Assembly: GCF_001194135.2 (NCBI RefSeq)
Contig: NC_068984.1
Span: 60,729,854-60,793,853, forward strand
From: Octopus bimaculoides
Taxonomy: Eukaryota
DNA: 64,000 bases
Direction: 5' to 3'
Every line of letters starts with the position of its first letter. The first letter of the stretch is position 1. The notes under the pieces are model-generated. The model was not told where the DNA came from and did no database searches. It saw only the letters and a program-made list of their open reading frames with translations. This document shows, piece by piece, positions 13,128-25,835 of this stretch. The translations under genes were made by a program, and so were the position numbers.

Positions 13128-13506
13128 TGGCACGCCATCGCTTATGACGTCGAGGATTCCAGTTGATCCGATCAACGGAACAGCTTGCTCGTGAAATTAA
13201 CGTGCAAGTGGCTGAGCACTCCACAGACATGTGTACCCTTAACGTAGTTCTCGGGGATATTCAGCGTGACACAGTGTGACAAGGCTGACCCTTTGAATTA
13301 CAGGCACACCAGAAACAGGAAGTAAGAGTGAGAGAAAGTTGTGGTGAAATAGTTCAGCAGGGTTCGCCACCATCCCCTGCCAGAGCCTCGTGGAGCTTTA
13401 GGTGTTTTCGCTCAATAAACACTCACAACGCCCAGCCTGGGAATCGAAACCACGATCCTATGACCGCGAATCCGCTGCCCTAACCACTGAGCCATTGCAC
13501 CTCCAC
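13128..13506 (-). mobile_element. tRNA-derived SINE family D
   Basis: Minus head ggaggtgcaaTGGCTCAGTGGttagggcag..GTTTCGATTCCcagg shows Pol III A and B boxes, followed by about 300 bp of non-tRNA body and a caacaa tail. Confidence 0.9.
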
Positions 13507-14541
13507 AGATGTAAGTATATGAATATACATAATTACTGGCTTGGTTTGTGTAGTTAAAAATTTTGGTCCACCATCTAGTGGTCTCAGTTTGAATCATACT
13601 GTGTAATACTTTATGAAAGAGCCTTACATTGACTAGTAGTTTGTGAGTGAAATTTAGTTGATGAAAATGGTATAGAAACCCATCATGAACATATATGTCT
13701 AAAAGCATTATCATTTTTCTCCTACTCCATAACTTTCAGATGTTTTAACACCTGGCACATTTAGGGGGTCATCTCCACTGCACCAAATATCACGGCCTAC
13801 TGGCGAACAAGCAAAGCACATACTTTGAATATGTATCTTGGATTATGTTTATATATGTGTGTGTGTGTGTGTTTGTCCCCTCACCATTGTTTGGCAACCA
13901 ATGCCGGTGTGTTTATGTCTCCCATAAAGTGACTAATAGAATAAGTACACGGCTTACAAAGAGTAAGTCCTGGGGTTGATTTGTTGGACTAAAACCCTTC
14001 AAGGCGGTGCTCCAGATGACTGAAATGTGTAAAAGAATGAAAGAAAATATATATACATATATATATATATATGTATGTATTGATAGATAGATAGATATAT
14101 ATAGTTTATAAGCAGACACACACATACACATTGTATCAGGGAAATAAAATTTTTATTTCTCTTTATTCTGGTATTTTACTATAAACATTAGATTTATATA
14201 CATTTTGTTGGTATCATTATTTCATAATTATTATTTTCTGTGAATAATTGTATATTATTAATCCAGCCAGTCTTCTTTTTATTGTGTGCTTTCATTGCAC
14301 AGCCAGCCACAACAGAGCGTGCTACTTAAATATATAGGTAGATTTAGTGTTCTGGTTTGTTCTTTACATCTTTCTGTTGTGTTGAGTGTACTCTTTACAG
14401 TGCATAGTACCTAGTACCACTTCATTTTTCCTTCTTGCTTTTCTTACTTCTATTTTATGTGAAGGTGAATCGAAAAATAATGCAAATAATAGTTGCATTA
14501 CTTTTTGACTCTCACTTATATGTGTGACTGTCTGTCTGTCA

Positions 14542-14598
<57 letters not shown>

Positions 14599-17189
14599 NN
14601 NNNNNNNNNNNNNNNNNNNNNNNNNNNNNNNNNNNNNNNNNNNNNNNNNNNNNNNNNNNNNNNNNNNNNNNNNNNNNNNNNNNNNNNNNNNNNNNNNNNN
14701 NNNNNNNNNNNNNNNNNNNNNNNNNNNNNNNNNNNNNNNNNNNNNNNNNNNNNNNNNNNNNNNNNNNNNNNNNNNNNNNNNNNNNNNNNNNNNNNNNNNN
14801 NNNNNNNNNNNNNNNNNNNNNNNNNNNNNNNNNNNNNNNNNNNNNNNNNNNNNNNNNNNNNNNNNNNNNNNNNNNNNNNNNNNNNNNNNNNNNNNNNNNN
14901 NNNNNNNNNNNNNNNNNNNNNNNNNNNNNNNNNNNNNNNNNNNNNNNNNNNNNNNNNNNNNNNNNNNNNNNNNNNNNNNNNNNNNNNNNNNNNNNNNNNN
15001 NNNNNNNNNNNNNNNNNNNNNNNNNNNNNNNNNNNNNNNNNNNNNNNNNNNNNNNNNNNNNNNNNNNNNNNNNNNNNNNNNNNNNNNNNNNNNNNNNNNN
15101 NNNNNNNNNNNNNNNNNNNNNNNNNNNNNNNNNNNNNNNNNNNNNNNNNNNNNNNNNNNNNNNNNNNNNNNNNNNNNNNNNNNNNNNNNNNNNNNNNNNN
15201 NNNNNNNNNNNNNNNNNNNNNNNNNNNNNNNNNNNNNNNNNNNNNNNNNNNNNNNNNNNNNNNNNNNNNNNNNNNNNNNNNNNNNNNNNNNNNNNNNNNN
15301 NNNNNNNNNNNNNNNNNNNNNNNNNNNNNNNNNNNNNNNNNNNNNNNCACAAAGAAACAAGGAGAGAAAAAAAGAATGTGTAGTGGCTAGCGATCTATCA
15401 TATATATATATATATATATATATATACGACAGACTTCTTTCATTTTCCATCTGCCAAATCTACTCACAAGGCTTTGGTTGGCTTGTGGGTATAGTAGAAG
15501 ACACTTGCCCAAGGTGCCATGCAGTGGAACTGAACCTGGAACTATGTGGTTAGAAAGTGAGCTTCTTACCACACAGCCACACCTGTGCCACACCTGTTAA
15601 TCATTGCTGATATGCCAAGTACTTGAATAAAACCTTTGAAGGCAGTACTCCAGTATGGCCAAAAGCCAATGACTGAAAACAATAGAAGAATACTAGATTG
15701 GAAAACCTGATGCAAATGTTTGATGTTAAAATTTATTTAAAAGTTTAAACCAAAATCAATAGAGAAATGATTTAAAGAATCTTTAAATAAAGCAAACAGA
15801 TAATAAAAACAAGATCATATTTGAAAGATAAATTGATTTCGTCAGCAAATTTGTAGAAGTTTTCAACTTTGTCTTGTATGAAATAAGTCTCCACAGTTCT
15901 GACATCAATGAAATCCTAAAACAGAAAAGAAAACAACAGTTTTTGTATATCCCAAAATCTTTGTATTTAACCATTTTGGCAGTTAAGCAGAACAGATATT
16001 TGTCTTGGAGCAATATAATGAGAACTTAATGGTAATTATTTCTAAAAGTGTTTCAATAACTCCTTTAGGCTGATAAATTTTAATTATTGGTTATGGAAAT
16101 AACTATATTGATTGAAATATGAAGTTACACTTAATCACATACAATGCAATTAACAAATGCCATTTGTCTTCTATTCATCACAAATGAACTATTAACAGCT
16201 ATTATCTTTGCCTTCTCCTACTTATCTCAGGAGACTTTCTATTGTTTTGGATCCATTCCAAAATTTCGAAGAACCATTACTCAACTCCTATCAAGAAATT
16301 TCAGCTTATCAGATAAATACATGATTTCAATTAAAAATGCTTTTGTCTAACATACCTAACAGTGATTAGTGACAAATGAATTCTTTAAAAACATAGACTT
16401 AACTAAATCAACACAGAGAGATCTGAAAGGCTATGTAAATGAGGCACTTTCATTTCTCATTTGGTTTACAAATTATAGATTGTCTGAGAGAGCATAGCAT
16501 AGAAAAGTAGAACAAAAGCAAAAAAGGGAAAACTAAGTTTATGTGTCTGGAAATTGATAGATATTGATCACTTCCTAGGTCTATGCTCAGTACAAGTGTG
16601 AAATTGAGATCTTGGGCGACTTTACTATAACTATATCATTACATCAGAGCAAGATAAGGTTAAATATTTAAGGGGATATACTATTGGACTACAGTCTCAT
16701 AGATATTGTTTTTAAACCTAGTATGATTACTTTGAGTAATTTCTGTCACTACATTGATTTTTTTAAATAGGTGCAGAACCTCAATTTAGTGGGGAGGTAA
16801 CATCTATTATATTGACACCGATTGTTGACTGGTACTTTATTGATGAAAGGTAAAGTTGATCTTGGAGGGTTTTGAACTCAAAGTGCAGAGGACATTAATT
16901 AAATGCTGTAAGAAATTTTATCTGATGCTCTAATGCTTTTGCTAGTCCATAGTCTTAGATCTCTTTATATCTGCTTTAGTAAAGGCAGTTGACTGACAGA
17001 GTCAGTGGGGCATTTAACAAAATATCTTGCAGTATATAGATGTGGCTCTTTGCATTCTGAGTTCATACCCACCAAGGTAACTTTGCTTTTTATTCTTCGG
17101 TGTGAGTGGTCAATAAAACAAAGTCCCAATCTATTAGTGGGTTCAATTTAATCAAATATATCCTTTGTCTACAAATATAAATATATATA

Positions 17190-17550
17190 GGTACAGGTAT
17201 GGCTGTGTGGTAAGAAGTATGCTTTGCAACCATATGGATCCAGGTTCAGTGCATGGCACCTTGGGCAAGTGTCTTCTGCTATAGCCTTGCGAGTGGATTT
17301 GGTACACAGAAACTGAAAGAAGCCTGTCGCGCGTGCACGTGTGTGTGTGTGTTTCTATATGTGCTTGTCCCTCACCACTGCTTGACAACTGGTGTTAGTG
17401 TGTTTACATTCCCATAGCTTAGTGGTTCAGGAAAAGAGACTTATAGAATAAGCATCTGGATGTAAAAATATAAATACTAAAAATTCCTCAAGGCGGTACC
17501 TTGGTATGGCCACAGTCTAATGACTGAAACAAGTAAAAGGTAAAAGATAT
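17190..17550 (+). mobile_element. SINE family A
   Basis: ggctgtgtggtaagaag..ccttgggcaagtgtcttc..aatgactgaaacaagtaaaag. Confidence 0.85.
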
Positions 17551-17765
17551 AAAAATTAGGGTTGAAATGTTCCCAGCTTTGGGTAAAAGAAAATACAGGA
17601 GGATCAATTAATTATGATTTTATTCAGCATATTCCTCTCTCAGATACACACACATATTGTAGAGGTCCTTCATTTTTTCTAATCCCTGTAAAAGAACTCA
17701 AAAGATTGGGCCTCTAACCCAAGCCTTTTGCAATACCCTTAAAGCCAGGAACTTTTCAGCACCCA

Positions 17766-17818
<53 letters not shown>

Positions 17819-19314
17819 ATACATTTGCACAGGCATGCGTCTATTATACTAAACATTATTATGGGTGCTTGCATATATTATATTTGTCACTGCACTCATA
17901 AATTATATTAATTAAATGTATAAAACAACTGCAAATGCCTATCATTGTATGACCAATCTTACATTTATAACAGTGAGTTTAAATGCAATTCTGCATTGGC
18001 AGTTAATGTAGGGTAGATGACTGTTGGTGAGACTATAGTGATACCTGAACTGGCTGTCAAGTTGATCCCTTTTTGTCTGATCACAATCATATCTGTCTTT
18101 TGCAACTATCTAATAAATATAATTAATTTATGGATGCTGAAATCTCTGATTATACCTCATAGTTAGTTTAAAAAGTAAACATTGTAAGTACATTAGTAAT
18201 TTGTGTAACAAGACTCTCATTGCTTACATGTATATACATACATGCAAATGGGCACATCTTGACATGCAACTATATGTGTGAGAATACTTACATAAAACAA
18301 GACATATAACTCCACACATATATACACATATACGAAAATACCCTGTTGATGTTGTTGAAATTCTAATGAAGGAGCCTTGGATCTAGGTTAGAAACTGGTT
18401 AGAACTGGTTAGAAACTTTCTTTATTAGATAAAAACTGAATAATGACATGCATTCTTGCATGCATGCGTACATACATACATACATACATACATACATACA
18501 TACATACATACATACATACATACATACATACATACATACAAACAAACAAACAAACAAATCGTTTACATTTAGCCTCAATTTAGGTTTTAAAAAAGCCAAT
18601 GGTAAAGACTAAATGAAAACAAATTCTGCATGGCTATGTATTCAACATGGTGCTCAAACAATGAAGAGGCTTCAATATGGTTGTTCAACTTGCTAGAAAT
18701 AGCACTCAAAATTTCCTCAAATCATGTACTATCATCTTGAAAATAATAAAAAATACTGACAAAAAAAAAAAAGCAACATAGATAATTCAGTCTTTGATGC
18801 AGTATGTCTTTAAAAAATATGACATGGTCATGGCTGGATTGCTTCTGGCCATATGTTTGATTAAGACTGACTTGGAGCTTTTTTTTAATATTTTCAAGAT
18901 GATAGTGTATGGTTTGAGGAAATTTTGAGTGCTGTTTCCAGCAAGTTGAATGACCATATTGAAACCATCTTCATTATGTGCCTCAATGAGCCTAAGAGCT
19001 ATATCAGCAGAGTGTAAGTTCCTAGTAGGGTCTCTCATATTGGACAGGCAAAAGGTAGGGGCCAAATTAATACGGACCACCTCTTCTCAGAAGTAAAAAT
19101 GGGTTTGTTTAGGGGCAACATCTCTACCTAGAAAAAAACGCCAAGTTACAGGAACATTGATGATAATTCAGAATCATCAAAAGGAAGGCCTCATGGAAGC
19201 AGAAAAGATAGCCCAGAGTCAAGAAGGGGGGGGGGAGAAAAGTCAGTGATAGCCTTCGTTCCCTAAAAGAGAGAAGGGTTTAAGTAAAGTCAGTATTTGT
19301 AGCAAATTAAGGAA

Positions 19315-19770
19315 CTCTTTTACTCTTTTGCTCATTTCAATCATTTAACTGGGGCCATGCTAGAGCACTGCATTGAATGGTTTTAGTTGAACAAATCAAC
19401 CCTGGGACTTATTCTTTGTCAGCCTAATACTTATTCTATCAGTCTCTTTTGCCAAACCACCAAGTTACAAGGACGTAAACACACTAACATCAGTTGTCAA
19501 GCAGTGATGGCGAGGGGGGGGGGGACAAACNNNNNNNNNNATGGCGAGGGGGGGGGGGACAAACACAGACACAAAGACACTTACACATAGATACATGCAT
19601 GTATATGACAAGCTTCTTTCAGTTTCCATCTATCAAATCCACTCACGAGGCTTTGGTTGGCCCAAACCTATAGCAGAAAATAATTGCCTCAGGTGCCACA
19701 CAGTGGGACTGAACTCAGAACCATGTAGTTGAGAAGTAAATTTCTTACCACAGAGCCATGGCTGCACCTA
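19315..19770 (-). mobile_element. SINE family A (partials also at about 7400-7600, 11066-11225, 13545-14045, 15425-15585, 32360-32520, 46100-46260)
   Basis: Reverse-complement match to 7660-8057 along head, body and tail. Confidence 0.85.
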
Positions 19771-20023
19771 TGTCACTGAGATACTCTCCACTGACTCTGA
19801 TCCCTTGTTAGCATGGATCCTTATCAGGTCCCTTATTGGCTTGTATTAGCCGAGGCTGCTCTGAATGGCATGTTAGTCAAGACCAGCAACTTTTAACAAT
19901 CCGAGAAGTCTGAATATGAAAAATTAGCTAAACTGTAGCATTCAAGCTAGAAAAAGAAAAAAATATGCATTTATACAATATACAACATACACATACACAA
20001 ATGCACAAAACATACACACACAC

Positions 20024-20069
<46 letters not shown>

Positions 20070-20156
20070 TTGTATATATATGTATATATATTTTTATATC
20101 TATGTATACATATATATANNNNNNNNNNNNNNNNNNNNNNNNNNNNNNNNNNNNNN

Positions 20157-20197
<41 letters not shown>

Positions 20198-20808
20198 TAT
20201 ATGTATATATATGTGTGTGTGTGTATATATGTATGTAAAGATATATATATATATTAATATATATATGTACATATATATATAAATATATATGTATATATAT
20301 ATGTGTGTATATATATATGTATATAAAGATATATATATATATATATATATATATAGATAAATATATATATGTACATATATGTATAAATATATATGTATAT
20401 ATATATATGTGTGTGTATATGTATGTAACGATATATATATATATATACACATATATATATGTACACGACATACAAAAATACATACATAAATACAACACCC
20501 TCACAGATGGCCATGCACTTATAGAGTAGGATATAAACTGCTGATCAATAAATACATGTAATCCTTTATGAGAGGTGAGGCAGTTTTTACCTGATTTCTC
20601 TACTTTGATTAATGTTTGACGAGCAATTCACAATTTTCCAACTCATTCCAACTCTACTCAATATAATCAGCTTTGCACCTCAATTTCTCCAATAACTGTC
20701 AACACATAACTGAAAAGGTTTTCTGGGGTGGAGGATGAGGAGGATGGGGTGGAGCAGGAGGAATAGTCAATGGAGAGGGTGACATTTGTGAACGAGAATA
20801 ACAATTTC

Positions 20809-20854
<46 letters not shown>

Positions 20855-21611
20855 AATATTTTAGGGTTTCCTCCCTATCACCATCCAATCTTCACTCCTA
20901 TTTTCACACCCCCAAAGTAAAAGAGAGACAGAAGAAAATTTCTTGGCACTTGTCCCATATATATTAAGTTTAAAACTAATTTTGCATCACTAGGGTATTA
21001 TCTTTTGTCGTGTCGAGGAGAAAAAAAAACAACAACAAATCAACAAAATCCATAGAAAAAAAAACAACAACAAAGCACACATGTACACACACATAAAAAA
21101 AGGAAAAGATATATAACATTTATATTTTATGTCTTCACAGATCAATAGGTAGGTTTTTATTAATGGTCATAGCACCTTTACCTGTTGCCATTTATAATTT
21201 AATGACATAAGTTGCTTGAATAGAGCAGTGCTGTAATAAGAGTAATACCAGTCAACAACTTTTTACAGTCAGGTGTTGACAAATGGCACTCTACTTTAGA
21301 CCTTTTGATGTTTCCAGTCTCAATATGTATGTATTAGAAAAGTTCAGCTGCAAATTGTAAATGTAAATGGACTGTTCTACCACTGCTTATAGCCATTCTA
21401 ACCCTAGAGCTGTTTACAAGTATGCACTTTAATATATCTCTACAATGATTGGTTTTGTTTTTTTATTTAATTTTATTTTTTACTTCATTTTAGTTCTTCT
21501 AGTCCCATAACTGTCCCTGCACCTTATTATTAATATTTACCTCCTCCTCTTCCTCCTCCTCCTCATCATCATCATCACCACCACCACCATCGTTGTTGTT
21601 GTTATTATTTA

Positions 21612-22010
21612 AGGCAGTGAACTGGCAAAATTGCTTAACTTGTCAGACAAACTGCTTAGTGGCATTTAGTTGATCTTTACGTTCCGAGTTCAAATTTCAC
21701 CGAGGTTGACTTTTCCTTTCATTCTTTCAGGGTTCGATAGAATAAGCACCTGTTAAGGACTGAGGTTGATGTAGTCAATTAATCCTCCCCCCTTCCCAAA
21801 TTGCTGGCCTCGTGCCTGGAATAGAAAGGAGCTGGCAAAATTATTATTATCTGTTTTCGTGTTCTGAGTTCAAATTTCACCAAAATGAACGTTCTTTTTC
21901 ATCCTTTCAGGGTTAATAAAATAAGCACCAGTTGAGCATTGGGGATTAATTGTAATCAGCTAGTCCCCTTCTTTAGATTTCAGGCCTTGTGCCAATAGCA
22001 GAAAGATTTG
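21612..22010 (+). mobile_element. Two tandem SINE B copies
   Basis: Two successive ..gagttcaaatttcacc..ttcatcctttcagggtt..aataagcacc..gccttgtgcc units. Confidence 0.8.
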
Positions 22011-22024
22011 TTCTTATTTTTAAA

Positions 22025-22248
22025 GTAGCAAAGGCAGGAAGCTGGCAGAATCATTAGCATGCTGGGTGAAATGCTTAATGGTATTTCACCTGTTGCTACG
22101 TTCTGAGTTCAAATTCCGCCGAGGTCGACTTTGCCTTTCATCCTTTCGGGGTCGATAAATTAAGTACCAGTGAAACACTGGGGTCAATGTAATCGACTTA
22201 TCTCCTCCACCAAAATGGCTGCCTTTGTGGCAAAGTTTGAAACCATTA
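22025..22248 (+). mobile_element. SINE family B, best-preserved copy
   Basis: gctggcagaatcattagc..ctgagttcaaattccgccgaggtcgactttgcctttcatcctttcggggtcgataaattaagtaccag. The central part resembles the Meta/Sauria-type SINE domain from memory (not searched). Confidence 0.85.
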
Positions 22249-22755
22249 CACAGTGTTACAAAATTAAATTTTTTTTTGTCTTTAATCAGTAAGTGTAATT
22301 TCTTATTTGCTTCTATTTAGAAACCAAAAGAAATAACTATTGTTCCCTTCAAACGTTGCTTTTGTCACCTGAACATCAATGTTCTGAAACTGACCTATTT
22401 TTCATTGCATTTCAGACAGATTCACTGCTGAGTTGCTAAAGCAGAAATATCTTTATTCTGCTCCACACCACAGATTTGCTTGTCAGTTGCTTGATCTTAA
22501 TAGATCAAGCAACTTACAAGCAATTGACACTTGAGTATGTCTCTTAGTGCCTGACAATATGGGCATCTCTGATGATTAGCAGGAGAAGTGGGGGTGCATC
22601 ACAGCCATGTGTTGAGAGGGATTCTTTGGGGGGTTTGAATAAATGTAACAAAAGCAAAATTCAAAGGAAATATTAGCCATTTTTCATACATTCTATGGAT
22701 AAGCAAATAGGAAATAACAGTTGCTACCCAAGGACAGAAATCATATTACACTGTG
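22249..22755 (-). mobile_element. TA-flanked Tc1/mariner-type MITE (about 0.5 kb)
   Basis: TA|CACAGTGTTACA ... TTACACTGTG; the interior is the reverse complement of 36360-36840. Confidence 0.75.
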
Positions 22756-22764
22756 TTATTCTTA

Positions 22765-23048
22765 AGATGGCAAGCTGGCAGAATCTTTGACATACTGGAC
22801 AAAATGCTTAGTGGCATATCATCCATCTTTACATTCTGATTTTAAATTCTTCCAAAGTTGACTTAATGTTTCATCTATTCAGGGTTGATAAAATAAGTAC
22901 CAGTCATGTACTGGGGTTGATGTAGTTAACTCCCCATGTTCCGTCAAAAACTTCAGGCCCTGTGCCAAAAATTATTATTATTACTGTTATCATTATCTTT
23001 GTTATTATTATCATTGCCATCACCATCATTGTCACCACCATTTTCATT

Positions 23049-23080
<32 letters not shown>

Positions 23081-23665
23081 TATCATCATTTTGCTTTTGT
23101 TTGAAATATAGGCATTAGGTCTGAAATTTAAAGGATGGGCTAAGTTAATTGCATCGACTCCAGTACTTGACTGACTGGTACTTTATTTTAGTAATCCCTG
23201 AGAGTATAAAAGGCAAAGTTGATCTTGATAGCATTTGAACTTAGAACACAAAGAACTAGAAGAAATACTACCAAGCATTTTGTTTGACCTGCTAATGATT
23301 CATCATCTGTAATATAAATAGTGTCCAGAGGTTGTGCTGTGAAATAGTTGAAGGGAGAAGCAAAATGGGGTAGGAGTAGGGGAGAAAGAGAGAGAGTCAA
23401 ACAGAGGGAAGAGTATTTAGCTGAGGAGGATGTGGTAGTTGTAAGAAGTAAGGGTGCTATTATATTGATATCAAGTTTTGACACAAGGCGAGCTATTTTG
23501 GGGTAGGGGTAAATTAGTTGTATTGACCCCAGTGTTCAACTGCTTCTTGTTTTATCGACCCCATAAGAATGAAAGGTAAAGTTGACCTCGGTGGAATTTG
23601 AACTCAGAACGTAAGGATGGACGAAATGCTGCCAAGCATTTTGCCCAACATGCTAACAGTTCTTT
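22765..23665. mobile_element. Three SINE B copies (+ 22765-22975; - 23115-23300; - 23480-23665)
   Basis: Same consensus in both orientations, separated by ATT/CAT microsatellite. Confidence 0.8.
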
Positions 23666-23683
23666 CAATGCTTGGTTTCAGCA

Positions 23684-23715
<32 letters not shown>

Positions 23716-23984
23716 TGAAGGAGTAAGGAGAGATAGAGGGAAAAGAATTACTGAAGAGAATATGGTAAAGTCAGAATAGAGGAACACTACAGACATATAG
23801 TCACACAGACACACACACGCACACATGATATATTGTGACCAGTAGCAGTTGTTAAAGTACCAGTGGTGCTATCAGTAGGGATATTTGTTAATGAAGATGG
23901 AAGTGATGAAAAGTGTAGTGTTTTATTATTGAACTGTTTTTTAAAATCATCAATCACTTAATTCCCATGTTTTTGTACAATTAA

Positions 23985-25203
23985 TTTTCATCCACTAAAT
24001 CAAACCTGTTATATCTGTCTCTTTGTTTTTCGTATTATTCTACTCCTGTTTGTATATGTAACATTAATTAGGGAACAAAAACAAAATCATAGGCATAAAA
24101 TTTACATTAACACTCTCAGACCTAGGCCACTGTGCCCATCTTTACCTACCACCCGGGCTCCCGAGCTGAAAAAAATTAATAGTTTTCATCCGCTAAATCA
24201 GACCTGGGATCTTTCTGATTTGACGGGCAACACTTGTTTTCTTAACGAAACACTTTCAAACTTGGGATACTGGTAGAATGTGTCATATAAAACATCTTTT
24301 TCTCTTAGCTTTCTTAACAAAAATTTATATATTGCAAGTTATTTCATGTTAAAGTTGTCGTATTTCTGTAATTTCAACCAATCACTAACGTCTATTCAGC
24401 TGAATACAGTTACTGCTGTTTTTATAAACAATAATTTTTGCCAGTGTCAAGAGTGTTATTCCCTGTTTAATTATATCATTATTCCCTAGTAAGGGTTTAG
24501 GGTTTTAAGGTTAGGNNNNNNNNNNNNNNNNNNNNNNNNNNNNNNNNNNNNNNNNNNNNNNNNNNNNNNNNNNNNNNNNNNNNNNNNNNNNNNNNNNNNN
24601 NNNNNNNNNNNNNNNNNNNNNNNNNNNNNNNNNNNNNNNNNNNNNNNNNNNNNNNTCTAAAACCTGAACCCTAACCCTAAAACCCTACAGCTAAAACCAG
24701 TACAAACGCACGAACGATGTCATAAATAAGAGTAACACGGGTAGTTGTTGTTGACAAACAACGGCATTAATTTTATTCAAGGGAAAAGATCCCATGACAC
24801 CGTTGTTTACATTCCACGGCAGTAATTGTTTTCACCTCAATAGACATCAGTGATTGGTTGAAATTACCGAAATACGACAATTATTTACATGAAATAACTT
24901 CGAATACAAAAAATTTTATCTGTTCTATAACACAAAATATACAAGTATACGAAGTTTGAAAGTGTTTCGGTACGAAAAACACTACATAAAACATAAATGA
25001 AAAGTGTTGCCGGTCAAATCAGAAAGATCCCAGACCTGTTATATCTGTCTCTGTCTTTAGTATAATTCTACTCCTGTCGGTATATGTAACATTAAGTAGG
25101 GAACAAGATCATAGGCATAGAATATACATTAACACTCTCAGACCTGGGTCACTGTGCCTATCTTTACCTGCCACCCGGACTCCTGAGCAGAAAAAATTAA
25201 TAG
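23985..25203 (+). repeat. ~200-bp tandem dimer whose second unit is split by the GG-ended element
   Basis: ttttcatcc.ctaaatca.acctgttatatc..aaaaaattaatag occurs at about 23985-24183 and as 24184-24206 plus 25031-25203. Confidence 0.8.
24207..25030. mobile_element. Non-autonomous long-TIR DNA element with GG termini, 8-bp TSD and telomere-like core (Merlin- or MULE-like)
   Basis: Starts GGATCTTTCTGATTTGAC and ends GTCAAATCAGAAAGATCC. The TSD CAGACCTG is at 24199-24206 and 25031-25038. Imperfect inverted similarity extends about 230 bp. Confidence 0.8.
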
Positions 25204-25349
25204 TTGCACACAAAGCTCAAGAGCAACAATTGCAAGCAAACTGATAGAGAGAATCACAAAAATATTCAGAAGAATAACAATAATAGGTCTGTCTCTCTGT
25301 CTCTCTGTCTCTCTCTCTCTGTCTCTCTGTCTGTCTGTCTCTCTCTCTG

Positions 25350-25400
<51 letters not shown>

Positions 25401-25404
<4 letters not shown>

Positions 25405-25835
25405 ATTTGTTCACATGAATCACTACTTTTCTCATCACTTTCACCAGTTTCATTGCCTGAATCACTCTCATTGTCTGTGTAAGGATAAACTCTTCATCTG
25501 AAGAATGAACATCATCAATGGTTTCCTCAACTGTAAAGAATCTAGGCCTTACTTATTTCCAGATGCAGTGTTGGGTTCATCACACATGTGTTTTATCACA
25601 AAAAGCTGTTTTTTTTTTCAATTAAAAACATCAGTAAACGATAATTATGGAGGATGCCATTAACAATGAATCGTAAACACTTGACCACAAAGCTGCAACA
25701 TGATTGGTTGTCTATTTCTAGTAGTCTCTTCTTTTTTATGTGTATTATTCATTACTGCTTTAATAAGAATCTGGTAGAGATTATTTTAAAGCTATTCCCA
25801 CTATACCAGGATTCCAGGAACATGGCACAATAGGG
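25401..25835 (-). mobile_element. piggyBac 5' end remnant with acidic transposase N-terminus
   Basis: Minus-strand terminus TTAA|CCCTATTGTGCC at 25835. About 290 bp inside lies the frameshifted 'RPRFFTVEETIDDVHSSDEE / YTDNESDSGNETGESDEKSSDS', typical of piggyBac N-termini. Confidence 0.5.

Noticed and set aside
13430-13506. tRNA gene
   Set aside because: A and B boxes are present, but there is no convincing acceptor stem and it continues into a SINE body.
19790-19870. Hammerhead-like CTGATAAG-GATCC..GGATC on the minus strand
   Set aside because: Both core boxes are defective and there is no GAAA.
24492-24688. True telomere or chromosome fusion site
   Set aside because: The repeats are short, degenerate and enclosed by TIRs with a TSD, so they belong to a transposon.
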